This document shows, piece by piece, positions 1-6,952 of a DNA stretch of 64,000 nt. Each line of letters starts with the position of its first letter. Positions within the stretch are counted from its first letter, which is position 1. Source of the DNA: Bacillota bacterium (GTDB lineage Bacteria > Bacillota > Clostridia > Saccharofermentanales > DTU023); assembly GCA_029570375.1 (NCBI GenBank), contig JAKPXB010000040.1, forward strand, positions 27,464 through 91,463. Direction: 5' to 3'. Made by a program: the position numbers and the translations under genes. The notes below the pieces were generated by a model. That model was not told the origin of the DNA, ran no database searches, and saw nothing but the letters and a program-made list of their open reading frames with translations.

Positions 1-1
1 C

Positions 2-223
2 GATATTTCACCGCTGAACGACGCGATCGTCGCCCCCGGAACAGCGGAAAAGATCGAAGAAGCCCGAGCGAAGATCATCGCGGGTGACTGGGACGTCTTC
101 ACCGGACCGCTCGTTGACACTGAAGGCAACGTGGTCGTCAAGGAAGGCGAGACATTCATGGAGCCGGCGTCCGCCCCCTCATGGGATCATATCCTCGAGG
201 GAATTCAGGTACCTAAAGAGTAA
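2..223 (+). CDS. BMP-family (PnrA/Med/TmpC-like) ABC-transporter substrate-binding protein, C-terminal fragment (5' end outside window)
   Basis: The frame is open from the window edge to TAA at 221-223. The translated tail ...AKIIAGDWDVFTGPLVDTEGNVVVKEGE...ILEGIQVPKE resembles BMP-family C-termini. It is followed by the cognate two-domain ATPase and two permeases. Confidence 0.55.
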   Translation, partial: DISPLNDAIVAPGTAEKIEEARAKIIAGDWDVFTGPLVDTEGNVVVKEGETFMEPASAPSWDHILEGIQVPKE

Positions 224-242
224 TTCGTTCCGTCATACACAT

Positions 243-275
243 GAAAGGCGCGCTGTTCCGAACGGCGCGCCTTTC
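243..275 (+). terminator. GC-rich stem-loop after the binding-protein gene (attenuator or mRNA stabiliser; not a canonical terminator)
   Basis: Perfect 11-bp inverted repeat gaaaggcgcgc (243-253) / gcgcgcctttc (265-275) with an 11-nt loop, 20 nt after the stop. There is no T-tract. Confidence 0.35.
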
Positions 276-429
276 GCTACGTGATCGCCGCAGCGCTGTT
301 TAGAGTTTCCGACATCCTTGGCAGGACTGACATCACTCAAAACGCGCCCCGGCGATTTTTCAATGCAGGTCTGCGCCGTCTCACCATTACGATTTCCCCG
401 GATGACTGCAGCTCTGCAGGAGGATAACC

Positions 430-2004
430 ATGCGAGATTCGAAACCACCCTCAGTCGAACATGTTGTTCAGATGCGGCATATCTATAAGAGCTTCGGTAC
501 GGTACAAGCGCTCTCAGATGTCCATTTTGAATTGAGGAGAGGAGAGATCCTCTCACTTCTCGGCGAGAACGGCAGCGGAAAAACAACGCTGATGAACACA
601 CTCGCCGGCATTTACTTCCCCGATGCCGGAGAGATCATCGTTAACGGGAACCCTGTCGCCATCTGCAAACCGAAGGACGCCTTCGATCTGAAGATCGGAA
701 TGGTCCATCAGCACTTCAAGCTCGTTGACGTCTTCTCCGCGACGGAGAATATCGTCCTGGGACTCCCCGGGGGGAGGACTATCAACAGACGCGCTTTGTC
801 GAAGCATGTGCAGGAGATCGCTGAACAATACGGGTTCGAAATTGATCCCGATAAGAAAATTTACGACATGTCTGTCTCGGAGAAACAGACAGTCGAGATT
901 ATCAAGGCTCTCTACCGCGGCGCGGATATCCTGATCCTCGATGAGCCGACCGCCGTGCTGACACCTCAGGAGACCGATAAACTGTTCGATATCATGCGCG
1001 CCATGAAGAAAAACAATAAATCGATCATTCTCATCACCCACAAATTGAATGAAGTGCTCGCCGTCTCCGACCGTGTCACCGTTCTCCGGAAAGGGGAGTA
1101 TATCGATACGGTCATAACAAAAGACGCGACGATACAATCGCTGACAGACATGATGGTCGGCCGTCCTGTCTCCCTCGCGATTGACCGCCCCGCTGCGGAA
1201 GAGATAAAACCCATTCTCAGCATTGAGGCATTGACAGCGCTCAATCCGGACGGCGCCAGGGCGCTCGACGATGTGACATTCAAAGCGTACGGGGGAGAAA
1301 TCCTCGGCGTCGCCGGTATTTCAGGCAGCGGCCAGAGAGAACTCTGCGAAGCGATCGCCGGCCTCTACCCTGTTATAGGCGGGGCTATCCTCTACAGGAA
1401 CGAGGTCAATGGACAGGAGGTCGATGAGAACCTCGTCGGGCTGAATCCAAATGAAATCGTCAGGAAAGGTGTCGCGCTCGCCTTCGTTCCGGAAGACCGC
1501 CTCGGCATGGGGCTGGTTCCTTCGCTCGATATGGTTGACAACATCATGTTGAAAAGCTACCGAAAAAACAAAGGAATCTTTGTCGACCGCAAATCCCCGC
1601 GCCAGATAGCGGAGCGCCTGGTGGAAGAACTGATGATTGTCACACCCGATGTTTTTACACCGGTCCGGAAGCTCTCCGGCGGCAATGTCCAGAAAGTGCT
1701 GGTCGGCCGGGAAATCGACGCGGCTCCCCATCTTTTGATGGTGGCTTACCCGGTGCGCGGGCTCGATATCAACTCCTCTCACACGATTTATCATCTGCTG
1801 AATCAGCAGAAGATGAAAGGTGTGGCAGTGATTTTCGTCGGAGAGGATCTCGATGTGCTGATGGAAATCTCCGACAGACTTCTCGTCATGAGCGATGGCC
1901 GCGTCACAGGCATAGTCGACCCGCGCGTCACTTCTAAACAGGATATTGGGCTCCTTATGCTCGGACAGTCCCGCCATCAGGAGAAAGGAGCGGATGCCGT
2001 ATGA
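430..2004 (+). CDS. ABC transporter ATP-binding protein with two fused ATPase domains (sugar/nucleoside importer type)
   Basis: 524 aa. It has Walker A GENGSGKTT, a second-half signature LSGGNVQKV, and an aggagga RBS 5 nt before the ATG. Confidence 0.9.
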   Translation: MRDSKPPSVEHVVQMRHIYKSFGTVQALSDVHFELRRGEILSLLGENGSGKTTLMNTLAGIYFPDAGEIIVNGNPVAICKPKDAFDLKIGMVHQHFKLVDVFSATENIVLGLPGGRTINRRALSKHVQEIAEQYGFEIDPDKKIYDMSVSEKQTVEIIKALYRGADILILDEPTAVLTPQETDKLFDIMRAMKKNNKSIILITHKLNEVLAVSDRVTVLRKGEYIDTVITKDATIQSLTDMMVGRPVSLAIDRPAAEEIKPILSIEALTALNPDGARALDDVTFKAYGGEILGVAGISGSGQRELCEAIAGLYPVIGGAILYRNEVNGQEVDENLVGLNPNEIVRKGVALAFVPEDRLGMGLVPSLDMVDNIMLKSYRKNKGIFVDRKSPRQIAERLVEELMIVTPDVFTPVRKLSGGNVQKVLVGREIDAAPHLLMVAYPVRGLDINSSHTIYHLLNQQKMKGVAVIFVGEDLDVLMEISDRLLVMSDGRVTGIVDPRVTSKQDIGLLMLGQSRHQEKGADAV

Positions 2005-3209
2005 CAAAATCTGCGATCAATGAACACACCTCTCCTGCGGAACAGCTGGCGCTGACCGTCGAACCGCCGTCCTGTCCGATTCCGAAGGAGCCTCTCATCC
2101 GCATGACGAAGAGGGGAAGCATCTCCACCGCACAAAAGGTATTCGTCTATGTGGTCAGTTTTTTGTCGGCGCTGTTAGTCGGCGCATTCATGCTCCTCGC
2201 TATCGGCAAGAACCCGCTTTTGGCTTACCGGGATATGGTCGTCGGCTCGTTCGGATCGTCGATCTACCTGGGGGAGACGATCCGGCTCGCCATTCCGCTT
2301 CTGATCGCCGGCGTCGCTGTCGGCTTCGCCTTTAAAATGAAATTCTGGAACATCGGCGCGGAAGGCCAGATCCTTGCGGGCGGTATCTTCTGCTCCTATC
2401 TGGTCATCCATTCGATCAACAACGGCAATTACTGGGGGAAAGTCCCCCTGCATCTTGTGATGATCATCCTCGCGATGGCCGGCGGCGCTCTCTTCGGATT
2501 CCTTCCCGCGTACTTCAAGACGAAGTGGGGAACGAATGAAACGCTGTTCACCCTGATGCTCAACTACATCGCGATTCAGTATGTCATCTACCTGCAGTCC
2601 CTGCGCTCATGGCAGCACCCACAGAGCACCTTCCCGAAGATCCTCGACTTTGCCGGACCTACAGACAATCGCATTATGCTGCCCCGGCTATTTGGCGTAC
2701 ACATCGGCTGGGTTTTCGCCCTGGCTATCGCGATCACCGCTTACTTCTATCTGACGAAGACAAAACACGGCTATGAGATCGCTGTCGTCGGCGACTCGCT
2801 GAACACGGCGCGGTACGCCGGGATGAATACGCGCTGGATTCAGATCCGTACACTCCTCATCTCCGGCGCGATCTGCGGTTTCGCAGGCTACCTGCAGGTC
2901 GCGGGAGCGAACCACACGCTGACCGAGACGACAGCCGGAGGCATCGGGTTCACGGCGATTACCGTCGCTTGGCTGTCGAAACTCAATCCGTTTATTATGA
3001 TCCCCATCTCCGTTTTCATCGCAATGCTCCAGAAGGGATCGCTGTTTATCCAGATGACGATGGGAATCCCCGCTTCCGCGGCTGAACTGCTGACAGGGCT
3101 GATCCTGTTCTTCATGCTGGGAAGCGAATTTTTCATCCAGTACAGACTTGTCTTCAGGGGGACGCACCGCGCGCCTGTGCGGGAGCTTAAGGAGGAGGCG
3201 GGCGTATGA
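2001..3209 (+). CDS. ABC transporter permease (BMP/nucleoside type, subunit 1)
   Basis: 402 aa and strongly hydrophobic with multiple spans. The ATG overlaps the upstream stop (ATGA at 2001-2004). Confidence 0.85.
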   Translation: MTKSAINEHTSPAEQLALTVEPPSCPIPKEPLIRMTKRGSISTAQKVFVYVVSFLSALLVGAFMLLAIGKNPLLAYRDMVVGSFGSSIYLGETIRLAIPLLIAGVAVGFAFKMKFWNIGAEGQILAGGIFCSYLVIHSINNGNYWGKVPLHLVMIILAMAGGALFGFLPAYFKTKWGTNETLFTLMLNYIAIQYVIYLQSLRSWQHPQSTFPKILDFAGPTDNRIMLPRLFGVHIGWVFALAIAITAYFYLTKTKHGYEIAVVGDSLNTARYAGMNTRWIQIRTLLISGAICGFAGYLQVAGANHTLTETTAGGIGFTAITVAWLSKLNPFIMIPISVFIAMLQKGSLFIQMTMGIPASAAELLTGLILFFMLGSEFFIQYRLVFRGTHRAPVRELKEEAGV

Positions 3210-4189
3210 ACGTTCTGAATATAATTATTAACTGGCTGAACGCCGCCGTTCTGGCGGGCGCTCCGCTCCTTCTCGCGACGAGCGGGGAGATCCTGACGGA
3301 GAAATCGGGGAATCTCAACCTCGGTGTTGAGGGCCAGATGTATATGGGGGCGATCGCCGGGCTGGCAGGCGCGTGGTTCGCCGAGCAATGGTTCGGTGTC
3401 GGCGGGATGATTCCCCTTCTGGCGGCCGTCCTGTTCGCGTTCATCATGGGATGTATCAGCGGCCTGATCTACGCGGTCCTGACGGTCACCCTCCGCGCGA
3501 ATCAGAACGTCACCGGTCTGACGCTCGCGATTTTCGGAACAGGATTCGGAAAATTCTTCGGCGAAGTCCTCGGACACAAAGCGCACGGCTATGTCGCGGT
3601 CGGCGCGGAGACAAAAGCTGTATTCGGGAATATCAGCGTCGGCAAACTGGCGGAGCTGCCTGTGGTCGGGACGCTGTTCTTCAAGTACAACTGGATGGTC
3701 TACTTCGCGCTGATCATCGCGTTCGTCATGGGCTGGTTCCTGAACAGGACAAGAAAAGGGCTGTCTCTCAGAGCTGTGGGCGAAAGCCCCGGAACGGCGG
3801 ACAGCGCCGGGATCAATGTCACGCGCTACAAGTACATCGCGACAGTCGTAGGCGGGGGACTCTGCGGCCTGGGCGGCATGTATATGGCGATGGTCAATCA
3901 GAAAGGCATCTGGGTCACCGAGTGTGTCAGCGGCTACGGATGGCTCGCGATCGTCCTCGTCATCTTCTCCACCTGGAGCCCGCTACGCGCGATCTATTCA
4001 TCCATCATATTCGGCGGATTGACAGTCATGTACATGCGCGTTCCGATCCCCGGACTCCCGCGGGCGATCTACATGATGTTCCCTTTCATCGCCACTATTA
4101 TCGTCCTCATTATCACCAGCATCCGGCAGAGCAAGGAACACGCACAGCCCGCGAGCACCGGGTTGAACTACTACCGCGAAGAGAGGTAG
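3206..4189 (+). CDS. ABC transporter permease (BMP/nucleoside type, subunit 2)
   Basis: 327 aa polytopic membrane protein. An ATGA overlap with the upstream gene indicates translational coupling. Confidence 0.85.
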   Translation: MNVLNIIINWLNAAVLAGAPLLLATSGEILTEKSGNLNLGVEGQMYMGAIAGLAGAWFAEQWFGVGGMIPLLAAVLFAFIMGCISGLIYAVLTVTLRANQNVTGLTLAIFGTGFGKFFGEVLGHKAHGYVAVGAETKAVFGNISVGKLAELPVVGTLFFKYNWMVYFALIIAFVMGWFLNRTRKGLSLRAVGESPGTADSAGINVTRYKYIATVVGGGLCGLGGMYMAMVNQKGIWVTECVSGYGWLAIVLVIFSTWSPLRAIYSSIIFGGLTVMYMRVPIPGLPRAIYMMFPFIATIIVLIITSIRQSKEHAQPASTGLNYYREER

Positions 4190-4195
4190 TCAATA

Positions 4196-4245
4196 CCCTC
4201 CGGGGAAGAGAGCGCTCTTTCTGACCCGCTCCTTTCCCCGGAGGG
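4196..4245 (+). terminator. Strong stem-loop at the end of the importer operon
   Basis: Perfect 12-bp arms ccctccggggaa (4196-4207) / ttccccggaggg (4234-4245). The loop contains the nested palindrome agagcgctct. It begins 7 nt after the stop, and no T-tract follows. Confidence 0.45.
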
Positions 4246-4441
4246 ATAAGCCACCTATGGCTGAAGCGGAACGCGGCGCTGTGGCGGTTGTGGTACACTG
4301 ATAAGGTGAGCTTCAGGCGGACGCATCGTTTTCATGCCTGCTGCTTTCATTCTGTGTATGCCTGTCTTGCCACCGCGATCAAAACGGCCGGCGCAGACGG
4401 ACCCGCTCACATCTATTTTCTTTGTTGAAGGAGTCAAGCAC

Positions 4442-4822
4442 ATGTCGAAAAAAGTCATTCACTCTGATCTGGCGCCAAAAGCGATCGGGCCTTATTCTCA
4501 AGCTGTTGCTGCCAACGGTTTCCTTTTCGTATCCGGTCAGCTCGGTATTGATGTGGCGACAGGTGGTATGTCCGACGATGTGGTCGAACAGACAAAACAG
4601 GCGCTCAGAAATCTCGACGCTATCCTGAGAGAAGCCGGCTGCGGTCCTGAAAATGTCGTGAAAACAACTGTCCTCCTTGAGGATATGGCACATTTCGGTG
4701 CTGTAAATGAGGTGTACGGCGACTATTTCGCCAGCCCTTTCCCTGCGCGCGCATGCTTCGCGGTCAGGCAGCTGCCCAAGCGCGCGAAAGTCGAAATAGA
4801 ATGTATCGCAATGCTCGGCTAG
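4442..4822 (+). CDS. ridA: RidA / YjgF / UK114-family reactive-intermediate deaminase
   Basis: Start moved from 4334 to ATG 4442, which is preceded by a gaaggag RBS. The 126-aa product [22 protein letters not shown]... is typical of the RidA family. Confidence 0.85.
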   Translation: MSKKVIHSDLAPKAIGPYSQAVAANGFLFVSGQLGIDVATGGMSDDVVEQTKQALRNLDAILREAGCGPENVVKTTVLLEDMAHFGAVNEVYGDYFASPFPARACFAVRQLPKRAKVEIECIAMLG

Positions 4823-4847
4823 ACCGGTTGAACGCCTGCTGATTCAG

Positions 4848-4882
4848 GAGCCTGACCGGTCAGTTGAGTCAGGCTCTTTTTT
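4848..4882 (+). terminator. Rho-independent terminator of ridA
   Basis: 9-bp stem gagcctgac (4848-4856) / gtcaggctc (4868-4876) followed by TTTTTT (4877-4882). Confidence 0.7.
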
Positions 4883-4911
4883 ATCCGGGGGCATGGAGAA
4901 AGGAGCAGAAG

Positions 4912-6273
4912 ATGGCTGAAGAAATGAATGAAGAACAGAACTTCGAGTACCTGACTGAGCTTCTAAGGGATCACGATTACGCCAAGCTGATCTATGAACT
5001 CCGCCACGACAACGAAGTCGATGTCGCCCTCTTCATGGAATCACTGCCGGATGACGAGACAGCTTTCATCTTTCGGATGCTGCCGAAAGAGATGAGCGCT
5101 GAGGTTTTCGCGCACCTTGAATCCGAGACGCAGCGCCGCGTCGTTGAGGCCTTCACCGATGAAGAGACGACGAACATGCTGGACCAGCTGTTCATCGATG
5201 ACGCCGTTGACTTCCTGGAAGAGATGCCGGCGAATATGGTCAGCCGCATCCTCCGCCTCGCCTCACCCGCGAAACGGCAGGTCATCAATCGGTACCTCCA
5301 ATACCCGGAAGACTCTGCCGGAAGCATCATGACGGCTGAGTACACGCGGTTAAAAAAGGACATGACCGTCGCGGAAGCGATCGCTCACCTGCGCGCGGTC
5401 GGCGAGGACCGCGAGACAATTTACACGCTCTATGTCACCGATGAATACCGCTTTCTGGAGGGGGTCACATCGGTTCGGACGCTGCTGCTCGCCAAAGACG
5501 AAGAGCGGATTGAAGATATTATGTGGAGAGATGTCATTCGCGCGACGACCGATGCCGACAGAGAGGAAGTCGCTCAGATGTTCTACCGTTACGATTTCCT
5601 CTCCATCCCCATCGTCGACCACGAGAACAGACTTGTCGGCATTGTCACGGTCGACGACGCGGTTGATGTTCTTCAGGAGGAGAACACGGAGGACTTTGAG
5701 AAGATGGCCGCCATCTCTCCGTCCGAAAAACCGTACCTTAAGACGAGCTTCCTCGAGCTCGGAAAGCACCGTATTCTGTGGCTATTGATCCTAATGGTTT
5801 CGGGTATGGTGAACGGTGTCATCCTCCAGAAAAACGAAGCCGCCTGGACGGCGCTGCCGCTCCTCGTCTCCTTTATTCCGATGCTGACGGATACAGGAGG
5901 AAATGTCGGCGCCCAATCCAGCACATTGATGATCCGCGGCATGACGCTCGGGGAGATCAAGTTCACCGACATTTTCAAGGTCATCATGAAAGAATCCGCG
6001 ACGAGTCTGTTTATCGGTGTTGTTCTCGCGGCTCTCAGCTTCGTCCGCATCATGATCTTCGATAAAGATATCGTCGCGGCCGCGATCCTGGCCACTGCGA
6101 TGATGGTCACGATTTTCATGGCAGCTATCGTCGGCGGCATCCTCCCGCTTATCGCGAAGAGGCTGAAGATTGACCCGGCCATTATGGCGGCTCCTCTGAT
6201 TACCACGCTCGTCGACGCCGCGTCCCTCGGGATTTACTTTGCTATCGCGACAGGCTTCATGGCGATTTTCTGA
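4912..6273 (+). CDS. mgtE: Magnesium transporter MgtE
   Basis: Start set to ATG 4912 after a ggagaaaggag RBS; the ORF-track TTG at 4864 lies inside the ridA terminator. The domain order is MgtE N-domain, CBS pair (...FLSIPIVDHENRLVGIVTVDD...) and C-terminal TM domain with the PMLTDTGGN motif. Confidence 0.9.
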   Translation: MAEEMNEEQNFEYLTELLRDHDYAKLIYELRHDNEVDVALFMESLPDDETAFIFRMLPKEMSAEVFAHLESETQRRVVEAFTDEETTNMLDQLFIDDAVDFLEEMPANMVSRILRLASPAKRQVINRYLQYPEDSAGSIMTAEYTRLKKDMTVAEAIAHLRAVGEDRETIYTLYVTDEYRFLEGVTSVRTLLLAKDEERIEDIMWRDVIRATTDADREEVAQMFYRYDFLSIPIVDHENRLVGIVTVDDAVDVLQEENTEDFEKMAAISPSEKPYLKTSFLELGKHRILWLLILMVSGMVNGVILQKNEAAWTALPLLVSFIPMLTDTGGNVGAQSSTLMIRGMTLGEIKFTDIFKVIMKESATSLFIGVVLAALSFVRIMIFDKDIVAAAILATAMMVTIFMAAIVGGILPLIAKRLKIDPAIMAAPLITTLVDAASLGIYFAIATGFMAIF

Positions 6274-6574
6274 TTTCGGACGGATGATAGCGGCTGCGGC
6301 CGAGCCGCCGGTGTTGTCATCTCGCAGCGGCTTTACATTGTCAATATAAAAAGTGGTTCGGGAAATAACGGCGCGGCGCGCGGAAATGAATTTTATTCAA
6401 TCGGGCGCGTCCCCTTCCAGCATGAGAATCCCTGTCATCCTCTCTGGCAGGCATTCCCTTTTTCCCTGAAAAAACAAGTTTCCGGCGGGCGCTTTGGGCC
6501 GCGGCCGCTGTTTGCCGCGCGTTCACGGCAATAGGATAAAACAGCATATGATACAATGAAATATGAGGTTTTAT

Positions 6575-6805
6575 ATGAGGCTGATCAAAACAACCATTGT
6601 CCGCAGAAGAATGAAATACGGAGCGCTCAGAAAGAATTCGGTTCACGAATCAACTTCTGACGCTTATCTCTGCCCGCGCTGCCATAAACTTATCAGCTAC
6701 GTACCGGTCCAATCGATTAAACGCTGTGTGTATTGCAACCAGGAGCTGGACTGGTCGCTCCCTTTCGCGGATCCGCCGAAATCACTTCGCTCTGATCTGT
6801 CCTGA
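6575..6805 (+). CDS. Small hypothetical zinc-ribbon protein (CxxC...CxxC)
   Basis: 76 aa counted from ATG 6575, with gagg 6 nt upstream. It contains CPRC-x16-CVYC. A TGaTACAAT extended -10 lies at 6549-6557. No homology could be assessed. Confidence 0.3.
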   Translation: MRLIKTTIVRRRMKYGALRKNSVHESTSDAYLCPRCHKLISYVPVQSIKRCVYCNQELDWSLPFADPPKSLRSDLS

Positions 6806-6952
6806 CGCCGGAGACGCAGGCTCCCTCCCGCGGCACGATACCCGATGCGGCGCCTGTCCGCTGTCACACGCTGCCGACCAACTCCCGGCGCGTCCGGTTC
6901 GGGCATACATACTGTGAAGCCGGTTTATGTTACAACCTGTTTACACCAGGGG

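Noticed and set aside
553-4224. Assorted overlapping ORFs (553..1137 -, 1321..2007 -, 2888..3586 -, 3373..4224 +) across the first ABC importer
   Set aside because: They are all out of frame or antisense to genes with clear ABC ATPase or permease signatures.
4823-4911. Possible M-box (Mg) riboswitch in front of mgtE
   Set aside because: Only about 90 nt are available, and most of that is occupied by the ridA terminator. That is too short for an M-box, and I saw no conserved M-box segments.
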